A DNA stretch of 64,000 bases, from positions 3,211,659 through 3,275,658 of the forward strand of contig OZ316895.1 in assembly GCA_973895155.1 (NCBI GenBank), given 5' to 3'. The position numbers and the translations under genes are program-made. Positions within the stretch are counted from its first letter, which is position 1; every line of letters starts with the position of its first letter. The notes under the pieces are model-generated. The model was not told the origin of the DNA. It did not search any database and saw nothing but the letters and a program-made list of their open reading frames with translations. Below are positions 27,101 to 41,080 of this stretch, in pieces. The DNA comes from Marsupella aquatica. Taxonomy: Eukaryota; Plantae; Marchantiophyta.

Positions 27101-27860
27101 TAACCCCGAAATGCGGTTTGGATTTTGATTGCCGCTGCCACCTCTGCGGGGCTGTAGACCCGGGCGACGGTGTCAGTTGTCGTGGAATCAGAAATTGAAT
27201 CGTCCTTTGTGACAGTTTGGCCGTCACCTCCGTCGGTTTCAACCAATGTTCGCTTAGTTGGGTCCTCCGGACTTTCAGCACTGTCCACCTTGCTAAGATC
27301 GTCCGCTAAAGGACGTTCACTGCTCTTTCTTCCAAAACTCCACCTCCGCTTCGATGAGGTCTTCTTTTGCAAAGGGGTCTGTTCAGACAGACAAAACACA
27401 TAGAAGATTTGCCCGACGGTCAGACACTCCAAAACGTCAAAACATATCCAATGTCCTTTGCAAATCAACTATCGCAGAGGCGCTCTTCCAGGGTTCAAAG
27501 TTCTTCTCCGACACACTTGTGCAAAGTTTAGAATGTCAATTGAACGAGAGAGTTGCAGAATTTTTAGGCGACCAGACGTCTCAGGCATCCGGTGACAACG
27601 TGTGGCAAACTCAAGCATGGTCGTCACTGCTGCAATTCTAAGGATATCCAACGAATACCCTCGGCACCTTCACAGACTACCGGCTAGCTAGCATTGCCGC
27701 ATTTTAACAAACTACAGTCAGCGCAAACGACTAACATTGGTCGAAAGCAAACCTCGTCTCCAGTAGCTTCTTTTAGTGGAGACTTCTCCTTCGAAGGAGA
27801 TCTGAAGGCCTTCTTCACCGCCGTTTTCAGCCATTTCCCAGGCTTCACTGATTGTACCAT
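24193..27860 (-). CDS. IQD: IQ67-domain (IQD) calmodulin/microtubule-binding protein, 5 coding exons, ~820 aa
   Basis: Exons 27860-27753, 27378-27097, 26809-26588, 26324-26211 and ~25929-24193 (last acceptor is AAG, less certain). [13 protein letters not shown]|[48 protein letters not shown] with the family's phase-0 intron; [13 protein letters not shown]; [16 protein letters not shown]; [15 protein letters not shown]. Confidence 0.95.
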
Positions 27861-30800
27861 TGTTGCTATGCGCGAACTAGTTCAGTAAGGAATACACACT
27901 CCACGAGCCTGCAATGGCACAACCTCTCCAGCAGTGAGCAATTTAGGAAACTCGACATAGATCCTTCTAGAGGCCTGAGAAGGTTGACAGGTAAGGGATC
28001 CCTCGAGTCCGAGGGATGTGCATTCCTCCCGATGTTACAAATTCGCAAATGCCAGACACAGTTATCGCGTACAGAAGACAAGTCTTTCTAGACTTCCGGG
28101 GTAGGAAGCATTCCATCTGCGATCGTGGAGCAAGCCAAAACAGAATCCCCCAAACAGCCTACATCGTATCCTCTGTCACAGCCGCCACGGCACTAAAACC
28201 GTATGTCACTACACGGTCCTCGAGACATAAATCCTTCACAAGACGACTGACATCATAACGACCCCTCGCGCTCCCCGACTTTGCTCAACTAAGGATTCAC
28301 TAGGGGCAGACAAGGAAACTCCGCATAAATCCTCACGCTGGGCGGAGAGAATCCACGAACAAGGGGAAGACCTCTGTGCTCAGAATAACAAACAGCGCTT
28401 CAGGTAGAATGGATCGGCCCTACATCTAGGAGAGAAGAGCACATTGCATTACCATCGGACACCAGGGGAGTAACTCGATCTAAGCCTCTCGTACGAAGCA
28501 ATACAAAGATTCTTCTCACTCTTATCAACGGAAAGCTACAAGACTTCACAAGAGCTTACAACTTACCACCAAAGGACACTTCAGCGAGACAACTGCCTCC
28601 CACAAGAGAGGAACACACGTCTATTGGACCCGATACAGGTGGGCATACCACGCTACAATGCCGTCAGTCAGGGGATATAGACTGGCCGTTATGAGCATCG
28701 ACTCCTTGACGAGATGAGTTTTAACTGTAGAAATGAGAACAGCTTATGAAATCAAAAAAGGCTCTGGCCGCTCCATGCAGCGGCAGAAGTAAGAGAGGAT
28801 GCTCTTCTCCTGCCCCGCTCCCGCAGTGGAAACTCAACAACAAGGTAACCGAAGGTCAATACTACTCCTGCTAGCGAGAGAGCTGGTTTCAAGTCTCACT
28901 ATCACCTCCCGTCGGGAATGCGGGATTTCCCTGGGAAACATCACATTGCTGCAATCAACAATTGTGGAACATGATCGAAGAACATGGTCGAAACACAAGA
29001 CAGTCCTTTCCTCTGGAGAAACTGCTAATCGGACTAACAGTGTTGACAATGATTGCGGACGCTTGTATCTACCATTGACGATATTGAGACTTCCTGTGAG
29101 GGTGCTCATGTATACCATCGACGTTGGTAAGAATATCTGTGCTGTGGGTTCCTGTAAATGCTTACATTTGCCGTTGAGAGCTCGGAGAGGGCTACCGCCC
29201 GGAGAATACTTCCAGCAACACTCAGACGGGGCTTCCACGGCCGTGTAGGCAGAAGACCATCGGAACCGCAAAGTGCAGGAAAGCACCACAAAAGCCGATT
29301 GGCATTGATCCTCTGCGGAACACTATCTTCGACATTGAGTGATAGACGATTGCACAATGACAACCCTGCTTGATAGCGCAGAAGTGGAGTGGTCCGAGTG
29401 GAAGGGAGAGAGGACCCTGTTCCCTGTCCAGTTCAATGCAGCTAGCTCTTCGTCCAGGTAATGACAATTACTCTCCGCAAACCTTTTCGTGCTGCTGGCT
29501 GTTCCACACTACCAAACAAGGCACACCATTGCAACCTGGTGGAGAAGGGATGTGGCAGCATAACACACTAGAGAGCCTGACGCATTAATGACGATCCTCT
29601 CCTCCACAGTGGCAACGGTACACCCTCCTACTACAATACAGTCTGGAATCAATCCACAGGGCTCACGAGACGATCAAAGCTTCCGTAGTCACTGCCTTCA
29701 GCACTGCATGCCCCTCCCCCCTCTCGCCCTCTCGGTAAAATCCGCCTTTAAACTCATCAAGTCCTACCACCACTTTGGGACCAGCAGTGCCTTTCAAATT
29801 CAAGGAAAAATGACTTCCTGACAGGTAAATAACGCTGCTGCCATCAGCTAAAGGTGGATGAAGAGGGCCAAAGATGCTGACTGGAGTAGAAAACCAAGTT
29901 CCAAACCCAGTCTCATGGATCCAGAAACAGAACTTACTCCGCACTGGGCAAGTAAAGTCGCTAGCACTGTGCACACAATGCCACTCTGACAATCTAATCG
30001 ACGCCCATCACGGGAAAAAGGATGATGACGAACTCTCTTTCTCTCTCTTGGTGGTGGCGGTAGTGATGGATCCTTTCTTAACATCATTCTGCAGCGGCCA
30101 TTTCGGTGAAGCAGGCCAAACTCTTTCTATAGCAAGTTACTCATCTAACAGCAGAGGAGGGCAAACATCCACCAACTCCCCAGTCCCAGGCGAAAACGTT
30201 TTACGCCCTACCTACAGCCTTCTTCCATCATCCGCCTCAAAAGCGTCCCAGCCACTAAGTTGCTGTACTGTACCAGTTGTTGGATCGAATTCCGTACTCG
30301 GGACGCGGTGCTCCCAAAGCTCGGACCGTGACCAAAAGATTTCCTCTCTCTCGGCGGTTTCATGTCAATCTGTTGTTTAATTAGCCCTCACACTCCCTCA
30401 CAGCACCAACACGGCAACACGAGATGCAGCTCGGCTAGTCGGCTCTCTCCTCCTGCTCATGTCAGAATCGGGAACAACAATCGAGATCCTGCAGTCAATC
30501 AGCCACACTCCGTCACTCCCCAACTTTTTTACCATTATTAAATCAATGTTTCGCTCCGCCTTCCTCCCGGAGAACTCCTTTCGCTTCGTCCCAAACTCCA
30601 AAAGCTTTCGCCCACGCCATTGTTTCTTCTCCATCCCTTGGTCTGCTGTTTGTTCGTTGGTACTCCACCACTAATCAATCCTCCTCGCTGCTGTTTTGTT
30701 GTCACTCCCACGACTGTACTGATAGTGTCGCTCCGTCAAGAGTCAGAATCATGTCCCTCTAAAAACTTTAGGGCCGAACGACCTGTCAGAAGGGCTTTCG

Positions 30801-33800
30801 ATCGACACCGTTACATCTCTTGCCAAACTGGCAGAGGAAGGCCGATCCGGCCGTCCCTCCTGGACTCGATTTGTCCCGTAGTGGGGCGTCTAAGGGCCAC
30901 GCCACCACGCCCGTGGATTTAGCAGCCATCGCTCTCTCTCTGTCCCATCCTGGCAGCTCTGTCCCTTCTCCACATGCCCAACGGCTTCAGTCTGCAGCAG
31001 GGACCGCATTGGCGTGGAAAATACCGTTCCCGGAGAATCCGGAATTGCAGGTCACCCGGAATACCAGAGTGATATGCAGTCCAGAGAGCTGGCGTGTGTT
31101 TTCCTTAATAATTAATTAATTAACGAAACGAGGAAGCGTTGGTGCCCGGTGTGAGGTTCCATGAGGCCATACTCCCATCCCCTCGCAAGAGGTTCGCCAT
31201 TGGATAGCCGCTTTTTGGCCAGATTGGGAACAGGTAGAGTGGGAGATAAAAGCTCATTTAAGGACCATAGTTGCCACTTCCCCTGATATTAAAATTAATT
31301 CAAGTAGGAATTGACCTCTGATGGACTTTAAGTTTTCTAAAATGCTCAGATAGACTTCTTCAACCTGAACAGATTGCAATACATATGACCCTAATGAATG
31401 AAATGTGACAAGAAAACAAGACAAATATTTCTGAAATTTTGTAGGTCTGGATGAAATTTGACTCTATTAGGCTCATTGGAAAGACCTTTCCCAAGATGAA
31501 CCCAAAGAACCCTGATTCCGTTGGATGTAGAGGATACAATGAATGTCGAGTTAGCTGTTCAAAAACTTTGGATGTTGATAAAGGGTCAAATTAGCTGCTC
31601 AAACACTTTTAGTTTGTTGAGAACCTTTTGAAAATGATAAAGATGTCACTGAGTTCAGGTTTAAAATATGTCACGGTTCATGGGAGTTAGGTTAGGTCCA
31701 TGGGAGCATTATTTTGATATTTATTTCCAGGGCCATTTTTGGTACAACAGTCATTTTTGGCCATAAATACCAAAAAGAACTGGCAACCTGAAGTTGATAC
31801 ATCAAGAGGTGGGGACGAGGGTCCCAAGATATGACCCTTTTGGCCCCTAATACTCATTCCATATCGCCTAATCCTGGTAGCAAACTCTAACAAGTCGACT
31901 GACACTCCACTCATATTTGGTGTTCAGCCTTTCCCAAAAAGCTTTGGTCAGGGACCTACAGTAGTATCTGATTTCCAATTTTCTGTGTATAAAATCACCA
32001 GATCCATGTCAGTGAGGGGTTTTGGCGATAGTTTAATATCTTTTTCTATTATATCACCAGGCCCACTTCCAAGAGATTCTCTGATTCTATTTTTCCTCGT
32101 ATTAAATCGCCAGACGCATTTGAGAAATGGTATTGCCAAAAAGAAAAAAGCTGGCCCCACGGTATTCTTCACTTTATGTTATGGCCCCCTCCCTTCAAAG
32201 GCAGGCAGCCGGACTGACGAGCATTGTTCTGCGTGCACAAAAGTAGGGTGTACGGTGGTGCGGCCGGCGCAAATGGACCCTGGAAGAGAATATTTACGCA
32301 TCGTTCGATCTCAGCTCTCTACTGTTGAGCTACGGATTGGGCTTCCCTCGCTCCATCGTGATACGGTACGGTACATGTACGGTTGGGCTAAACCATACGG
32401 TGTCTGGAGAGGTTGACACTCTGGTTCAAGCCAAACTACAGCAACGACTCTCTACTTCAAACCTCTCGGTTTCGATTATGGCCATAGTCACATGTTTTTC
32501 CTCCCAGTTTGGCCTTGACAGGCTAATCAGGGGTCTGGACCCCGTCACCCGTCACTCCGGACACCCGCCCGATAATGATCCTGACCCTGCCCCGACCGGT
32601 CCATGGTTTGCTAATCCGGGGGAGTCCAGGGGAGGGCCGGGAAGGGGTTTCGGGAGAATTAGGGACTGGCTGGGGAATAAACAGAAATATGTGTCATTTT
32701 GGTCCCTTTTGGAGCTGTAATGTGATGGGTTAAGTTGGGCAACAGGTAAACTTGAACTTCAGCTCAAACCGGGGTTTTCCTGGAACCAAAGTGGCGGACT
32801 CTCGCTAATAGGTGGTCCCGTAGGTGGTCTGCCATTTGAGATGGTTCTGGTGATAGTAACACATGTTTTTGTGGTACTAAAGTGGCCGACTTGCAAATAG
32901 GTGGTCTACCATTTGAGACCAATATCTGAAACTCATACTTTTGGGCTCGGGATCCATTTGTGGCCCTTTAGGTTGAGACGCCTTAGGTGAACCATAGCTC
33001 TTCTTCCCAGTTTCGTCTCTCTTGCTGTCTCTGTTTCCTTTGTTAACTTTCTTGTTCTCAGATTTGGCCAAACCAGTTTTGTGACCAAACCTACTTGGTC
33101 AAATGGTAGGCTGAACAATATTTCAAATATGGTCTGAGCCATTTGCTACAATACTGTTGGGGACAATACTCTCTAGTTCCAGTTTTTGGGCCCCATCACT
33201 TCAACTAAACTTTATTCAGTCAATTATTAACCTGGCCATGATGACAGCTATGTGGTCACAAAACGATGAGCTAATATCTAAAGTTCGGATGGTGTTGACA
33301 ATAGGTCATCATAGTTATCTGGTCACATTAAGATGAGCTACTACCTAGAGTTCACACATGATGTTGACAATAGGTTCCTAGAATATATTGGAGAGCCATT
33401 GTAGCTCGAGTTCACATGGTTTTTGACAATAGGTTCCAAGAACGTGTTCTAGGGGCAATTTCAGGCCCCAATCCCAGCCCCAATAACAACACCAAACTAA
33501 AGTTCAGCTAGTCAATTATCAAGTTGCCCCATTTGCATGTGAGTTTTCTTCACCGCACACTAATGCTAACCCAAGATGGCATGTGATTGGTCTCAGGACA
33601 CACAGAGACTCGTCATTTGTGGAAGCTACACCCCGTGATCACAAAAATGGGGGAATGAGGAGGACCAAAACATTGTAGTTTTTGCTCAGAGACAGTAATA
33701 GATACCCACATCTGGTGAGTGTTAGACAAGGGCACTTGGTCCAGGGTGAAGGTATGATGGGAGGGGGTTAGCACAAATCTATATGAATGACAACTTAACC

Positions 33801-35599
33801 AACTAGACCAGAGTAACCTTATATGAAAACTATGGGATATGTTTACATACTATAAAAACAATTGCAATCTTGTAAATTGGAACATCTTAGTGGGAATGTA
33901 GTTAAAACTGTTTTTGTTTTTTCATGAAAATTCCTGCACTTCTAGTAAGGATTCTGCCGTGTCCAACACACTAACCTGCCTGAGACAATTTGGAGCAGAA
34001 CCTATTTGGCATGGAGAAACAAAAATGGTAGTATTATTTGTGCAATTTTTTTTTGAAAAAAACTCTTGGCCCTGTGCACAAAGATGTGACTCTCCAAAAC
34101 TGGTGCGCTAGGAAATTAATCCAGAAACGGGAGGAAATCAAATTCCAGACACACTAGCCTGAAAAACTTAATATGAGGAGACATTCCATGCAAAGGCCAT
34201 GAATACATGTTTTGGCCAGGTGCAAGCAAACTACCAAAACATTAGACTGGAGAAGTTTTTTGCTCCTAAATCTTTTAATGGTCAATTGCCAAAGTCTCCA
34301 CATGGACCCGGAAATCCCAGAGAATAAAAACCAAGAATGAAAACGATTAGATCGGAACATTCCACGTCCAAAAAATAATTTGTTTCTCGTTTTGTGACTA
34401 TTCGTCAATGTGAATTAAATGTAACATTGCACTGCAAAGTACTGTAATTCATGGCTTAGCTACCATTCTCAGGTGTCATCCATCGCCTCTAACATCCAAC
34501 ACTAAGTAAGAGCTCCATGCAACTTACCACGCTTAGAGGGACATGCCAGTCCTACAATAGATTGCAATGTAATTAGATTGGTCAAATAAATCCTTTTGAC
34601 CTCATCGCCGACCAACAGAGGAGTAATAATGCATTTCAACAATTCCTGAAAGCCCGTGACTGTCGTTTAAGTGGTTTCCTTGTTTTCAGTGAGATCCTAC
34701 CTCAAAAGAAGCCAAAGAATCCGTTCATTGCGGCCATGCTCATCATATTTTCCTGTGCCTTTTGCCTTTTTTTAGGAAGGTTTAGGTGTACCTCATGAAC
34801 TCAAACGAAGAAGTTGCTATTCCCGCCAGGACGTCAAATAGTCCGGAAAGGATCACGACTTCACGAGGGTCCTTTTTTTCAATTCAAATAATAAGTTCCC
34901 CCCAAAACCATGGGCCCAAATTGTTTTTCATTGCGAATCTTCTACCAAATCTTTTGACCAAGGTAGTAGGATAAGTTGGTACTTGGTAGTACGTCAAAGG
35001 GTTTCCTCAAAAATAGAAGAAGAAGGTTCGCTTTTCAAGCATTATAAAGGTGGAGGAAATCTCCAAAAGACTAGAGGAACTTGTATGATCAATGGGAGAC
35101 CCATTATCGTCTAGCTCGTTATTTGTTTCAGACAAGGGACGCAAATACCAACAAAATAAATTGTGGAAGAAAATGTACACCTCTAAGAAGAGGCACCAGC
35201 CAATGCAGCTGGGTGGACGGCAAGAGAGGAGGAAAGGAAAGGAAAAAAGGAAATGGGAAGCAGACAAACACGCATGAGGGATCACTGGCAACAAAACCAG
35301 CTCTATTTTGGCATTGGTCTGTGATTAAGATTCCACACAAGAGTAGTACCTCAAGAAATTGTCAACTAGAAGGGTCTTCATTTGAAAAGGAAAAACAAAA
35401 CGTTTGTCCCTAAACATGTCACCAACATAATCGACGACCTGCTGCAGAGTCTTCTCTCACCCATAAGCACAATTGTCAAAACTTCTATGGAAGCTAGAAG
35501 AAATAGCTACATAGAGTAGGGCAACCCACGTTGAACAACTTTCCTCCACGTCTTCATTTCTAGCTGCTGGATGACACAAATGAAGAGTTTCACGTGCCA

Positions 35600-35930
35600 C
35601 TCTGACCTCCAAACAGTCTACAAGTTTACATCTGCTAAGGCACCTTGCAAACAAGTCTCCACCAAACTGCAGGATTTTGTCAAAACTTATACCGAGCAAA
35701 GAGCCAACCAACCACCTGTCCAAACATAGTATTAATTTTGACCTGATTTCTCTAAGTCCTACCTCAACAAAGAAGACATTCAGGGAAAAGGTCTTCAGGT
35801 TGCCAGAAGCAGAACTGATCCCTGCCCCCATTTGCCAGCATTTATGAGGGGAGGGGACAATGCAACCAGGGTTGCCGCCCCTACTTGCCATCCTCCTCAC
35901 AGGCTATGGAGGAGACTCTCTCCACCATTA
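35600..35930 (+). mobile_element. Highly degraded L1-type LINE reverse transcriptase remnant
   Basis: Broken-frame motifs in the expected order: TVYK..., QTAGF, DFSKSY, QGC.P.L, ME.TLS (compare YKI.AK, Q.GF, DFSKAYD, RQGCPL.P.LF). Confidence 0.4.
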
Positions 35931-38900
35931 TAGTGCCCAACTGCCACTTGAAGAAGAAAAAATTGAAATATGTCCTTTGTCTTCTTGCTCTTGCTCTCCA
36001 AATTCAGACTCAAGGTTGTGGAGAGGTCACCCCACCACCCTCTAATGAGAAAATTCTATGTCCATTTATGACAGCTACTATACCGACTATATTACCTATC
36101 GCAGATTAGGAATATTGTGGATCAGTGTTGTCCAAAAGTATCGTTGTAAATAGAGATCGTGGCAGGAGGAATAATGTGAACCCAAGTGTTCCCAAAACTT
36201 ACTACCATAAAAACATCACCACGAAGGCTCACCAGAAAGCCCTGCCATTGTGAGTTTAGCAAGCTGGCTTGGCAAGCAGAGTGTCTGGGGTCGTGAAGGG
36301 CTGATGACCTTCCTCACCCATCCGGCGTTTCTGAGCTAAACCATCTCTGGACTCGCCGCTGCAAACATTGATCAAAACAAAGAAAATCGATCACAATTTC
36401 AATCGGTCTATTTGGCCTGTATCCCTCGAGGTTCTGGAGTGCAAGACTGCCTGCCTCAGTTGGGTAAAAATGCTGGGCTATGCTGTCCGTGTGCACTGAC
36501 CGAGGCAAGAGTGGGGGTTCCAACACTGGATCCGCAGGCCGGTCCCGCTACACTCCCTCCAAGCCGGGCCCGACAAGGAACAGTTGAGAGTGCTCTAAGG
36601 GGGGACACTTGCCCAAAAACACAAATTAAAAAACACAACTCTAACAACCAGCCAACCAGCCGAACCAGGCCTTGTTCACCGCACTATCTTCCCTGGTCTT
36701 GAGTGTGCGCTTTTAAGGCCCCACATAGCCGTTCAAACGGCTTCCCTGAGTTGAGAGCACCCGAGGCAAGAAATCCAATCCAAGCGGTCCAGTAGGTTTG
36801 GCCCCTGTAGTTTTGGGGTTTGGGGAATTGGGGAGGACGAGAATTGACATATGGTGATATGGGGAACAGTCACTGTAGTCTTTGGTCGATGAGGTACGAA
36901 AGTTGGATGAATATATTAAGGCGCAATTATAAGGTTATGAAAGTCTTTCCCCCACAGATATAATGTTTTATTCAACCTTTCAACGTTTTCTTTCCTGAAC
37001 TATATTGCACCATAATGATTGCCACGAGTGGTATCGGCTTACTCGAGATGTCATGACAATGGTACTGTACCATATATGGCTTCTAAATTGAGTTCCTGAT
37101 CGAGGTCAACTTGTCACTGGCGGTCAAGGGCCCAGCTCCCACGGTGGCTTTCCACCTGGACAGTCACGCTCATTTCTTTGCCAGACTACTGTAACTAACG
37201 GTATGGAACAATTATTATTGTTTGCCCAATAGAGTGGGAGGTGGGTATCCTAAATTCCTAATTGTCAATAGGAAATTGCAGGTTGTACTGTAGTCTAGTC
37301 ATCCTGGGAAGGTGACTAGACTCAAATGGCGATATGAGTAATATATTTAATCAAACGTGATTGAGCCCATTTATCTACTAAAATGTTCTTGGAAGCAAGG
37401 CGAGGGCTTACAGAATGAAAGCTATCAGATAGTGACTTTGGGGCAATTTGGGATAAATTTGGAAATGATGATACTGATTGTGAATTATGAGCTCTTGAGA
37501 GTAAACTACTCAAGAACAAGACTCTCCTATTGTCAAACCCGTTTGGTATGGCGGGGCAGAAATCTGACACCGAAGTTAATCCAATCTTTGCACTTGAAAC
37601 CTGTCAACTCCTGTGGAGATGGGGGAGGGGCATTTTTTCTGTTTTAAAGGGAAATCCCTGAAACCCAGGAAAATGAGGCAGCATAAGCCAGTTCAAACAT
37701 TTAAACCCAAAACCTATGAATCCTACTCAGTGAGCTACCACTCAGCCATGTCTGCTTTGGCATCCGGAGGGAATTTCATTAGGCTTTGAAGCTATCCCCT
37801 CTCAAACAATATAACCAATAGCATTTGAGTCTTTGCTAAAACAACCATCTCCAAAACATTGTCAAGGAAAATTTTGTTGAGAGAAGATGCAATTGTCAAC
37901 AGCATGCACATGATCATCCAATAAACAAGTAATGAACATAGAGATACATAATTCACCAATTGAAACTACATCCATGGAAACACATAAGAGATTTACTCCA
38001 CTGTACTATAGACCTATTGCCCATACCAAGTCTCCATAGCACACGCTCTCTCTATCTCTCAAGTTGAGCCTGAGGTCATCATCACAAGCATATAGCCAGG
38101 ATGCAACAAGGTTAACCTAATCAAGTTTGTGACTATGATTAGCCTAACTACAGCTACAAGTTGTGACTTTAGACCTAAGAGTAAATGTCTAACATTATTC
38201 TTGGGGGCTGAGAAACCATGTGCGAAAGGAGAACCACCCAAATAAAGTGAAAAGGAGACTTGTAAGTATCATCAATGCACAACTGAAGAATGAAACTGAC
38301 AAGCAATTCCAACCAAACACACTTTGCCTTAGTTGCCAACAAGTGAAGCCTCTCAGGTGGCTTTCCAAGAACAACCGGGACATACACTTCTTCCTTTTCT
38401 AGATTGAGATTCACTGAATTTGTGGCCAAAGTTTACTACCTTGCAAGGTGGTCTACAGTATTGGTTAAATTGTTCCCTTGGTTTGCATTGATTGTGTTCC
38501 CAACACTGGCCCCTTTGTCATCCACTTTAAAGCCTAGATGTAGTCTGAAACCACTCCTTTGATAGGGAAAAATAAGACTGTCCGTCTGGTTGTTTGTATA
38601 AAGCCCCCCTCAATGAGTAGAAAAGACTAGCAAGACATACTCAAAAACTCACATGGGAGCAAAGTATGGACCCTGCCCACTTTACAGTCATGTGGATAAG
38701 AGAAGGCATCAGACTTGCTGCCTGAAGGAGTCAAGGGCAGCTTGGAACCCCTCTTGATTTTGGCACTTATAAAAAATGAGCTTAAGTGGATCTTGAGTGG
38801 ATGTGGCCAATCCAATCCACTCGTTTGTTAGAATTTAGGTCACACACTTGTAATCTGTAGTGTAAAAGTATGATGTCTGAACTGGGATTGTGTGAAATCT

Positions 38901-39003
38901 TTCAAGTTCCAAGATGTAACTTTGGCAACCCTGAACCCAACTCCTTAAGTTGCATGAAAAAAGAGGAAGTTGCATGGACAGAGTACCAGTCTGAAACTTG
39001 CTT

Positions 39004-39138
39004 CTTCTTCTTTTCCTTAAACTTTTTAAATTTTGAATTAGAATCCGCGTAAACCCCGCGGACGGGGGAACCAGCAGGCCCGGAACCAAAAACCAGGGCG
39101 GGCCACCCACAAAGCACCCAGACGCAAGGCAGAAAAGC
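39004..39138 (-). mobile_element. ~135-bp retroposed insert (SINE or extremely truncated LINE) with 18-bp TSD
   Basis: CCAGTCTGAAACTTGCTT at 38986-39003 and 39139-39156; GC-rich body with an A-rich tail on the minus strand. Confidence 0.7.
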
Positions 39139-39283
39139 CCAGTCTGAAACTTGCTTTGTGTGTAAATGAAAACGTCTCAATTGTGTCTCATCCTTCTTGG
39201 CGAATGGGGTTTGCATTCTTTTGTTCTCTTCTTTTGAGTTTGTAATGTTTGTTCTCTCCTGCCTTCTTTTGCTTTTACTTTTT

Positions 39284-40012
39284 CAGCTTTTTACTATCCT
39301 GTCCCCCAAAGTGAACTAAATTATTAACTTACCCCCAAAATTATTTAATTTGCTAGGTGGCCCCCCATTCTGTACATATGAGTTACTTTCACTGTTTTAG
39401 CTAACCCAGATGATTTCTCATTGGTGGATTGACACATGGCAAGGTGCTATTGGCTCCACCTGACCCTGACTGAGCTTACCCTCACCCGGCTGGCTCTTTC
39501 CCATTTTTTGAATGAGCCCTACACCGAACATGGCTGGCATGACCCCCGATGACCCAGCTCGATTCAGGTAGTAGACCCGAATGTGGGTTGGTTTACACAT
39601 GGAAAATATGTATGCTTTTGGGGCCTCGTTCTCATATAGAAGGGAGAGTAGGGTGGATCATTGGGACCCGAGGATCATCAGGCCCCTATGGAGCGTGGGA
39701 CCCTGTTTTTGAGCACACAGCTAGCCAAGTCGCGAGGGTTGGGATTGAAACTTGCAAGGGGGAGGGGCCAGCCCTGTTTGGTGCAGGGCTTGAAAGAGCT
39801 AGCCGGGTGACGGTAAAATTGGCCAGGGCAAGGTGGAGCCAATAGCGCCTCATCATGTGTCAATCCACCAATGAATAATCACCTAGAATTAACTAAAACA
39901 TTGAAAGTAAGTCATATATACAAACAATATGGGGGGCAACCTAACAATTAAAATATTTTTTGGGGTAGGTTAGAGATTTAGGTCAGTTTGGGGGACAAGA
40001 TAGTAAAAGCTG
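39284..40012. mobile_element. Non-autonomous Mutator-like element (729 bp) with long TIRs
   Basis: ~190-bp imperfect TIRs starting CAGCTTTT(T)ACTATC.TGTCCCCCAAA; 10-bp TSD TTTACTTTTT at 39274-39283 and 40013-40022. Confidence 0.88.
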
Positions 40013-40307
40013 TTTACTTTTTAGCATTTGAATTTCATATTTGTCCTCAGTGCTCGCCTCAGTGGCCCTCTTTTTAGTGTTACTTTGACTTTAGTGTTTT
40101 CCTTTCCGCTCTGGCCCTCTTTTTAGCATTAGTTTGAGTTGCTTGTTCTCCTCTCTGGCCCTCTTCAATGCATTTTACTGTTTAGTAAATAGGTATTGTT
40201 GTTTTTCCCCCTTTATTGGTAGTGATCCTGACTTCCCTGCAGGGCTTTTAGTTCTTTTGCACTGATTTATATAATTTGATCCTTTGTTCAATATTACTCT
40301 TGACTAT

Positions 40308-40563
40308 AGGGAGTCTCAAAGCTGACAATTTGATGGACCTTAGCTTTATAGTTGTGGGTTATGGACAAAAAGTTATGGACTACAGAATTCATAGTCCATA
40401 ACTTTTTGCCATAAGGATTGGTCTTATGCCATAACCATTAGTCACTACAGAGGATGGTGAAAGAAAAAACTTTAAAAAACTTACACAATCTTGTGAAATA
40501 GTTATAACCTTTTGTTTATGACCAAATATCATCATCTGTAATTTCCAAGCTTTGAGATGCCCT
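40308..40563 (+). mobile_element. MITE, same family as 16763-17194
   Basis: TIRs AGGGAGTCTCAAAGCT / AGCTTTGAGATGCCCT; right flank ATT. Confidence 0.85.
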
Positions 40564-40582
40564 ATTAGGAAACAAAAATATT

Positions 40583-40837
40583 AGGGAGTCTCAAAGCTTA
40601 AAAGTTAAGGAAGATGGTCTTTGGCCATACGTAAATATCCATAACTTTCTCAAAGGTAAAAGGTTTCTTTTGTTTATTTTTCACTAGGGTCTATAGTGAC
40701 TTATGGTCATGACATATGACCAATCTTTATAGCAAAAGGTTATAGACCACTAATTTGGTAGTCAATAATTTTTTTCTGTCCGTAACCTTACCTACTAAGT
40801 TAAAAGGTCCATCAAATTTGAAGCTTTGCGACGCCTT
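40583..40837 (-). mobile_element. MITE, same family, inverted
   Basis: AGGGAGTCTCAAAGCTT / AAGCTTTGCGACGCCTT with ATT on both flanks; body is the reverse complement of its neighbours. Confidence 0.8.
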
Positions 40838-40840
40838 ATT

Positions 40841-41080
40841 AGGTGGTCTCAAACCTCAAAATTGGATGGACTTAGTAGTTAAGGTCACCAACAGAAAAAG
40901 TTATGGACCATCAAATTCATGATACATAACTTTTTGCCATAAAGATTGGTCATATGCCACGACACTGAGTTACTGCCGGTTTGAAAAACTATGGCCACAA
41001 GCGACCCTCTCTAACTATGATTAGGCTTTGCATTTTTGGCCAAGAGCCATATCCGTAACTATGAAACTTTGAGGCTCCCT
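40841..41080 (+). mobile_element. MITE, same family
   Basis: AGGTGGTCTCAAA / TTTGAGGCTCCCT with ATT on both flanks; two more right-end fragments follow (to 41184, ending TTTGAGACGCCCT+AGT). Confidence 0.8.

Noticed and set aside
31200-34500. AT-rich stretch with short repeats that looks like old DNA-transposon debris
   Set aside because: Could not pair termini or find a TSD by eye.
38175-38429. ORF with CIDDTYK, resembling a MULE transposase catalytic motif
   Set aside because: A single short motif with no supporting downstream motifs or termini.
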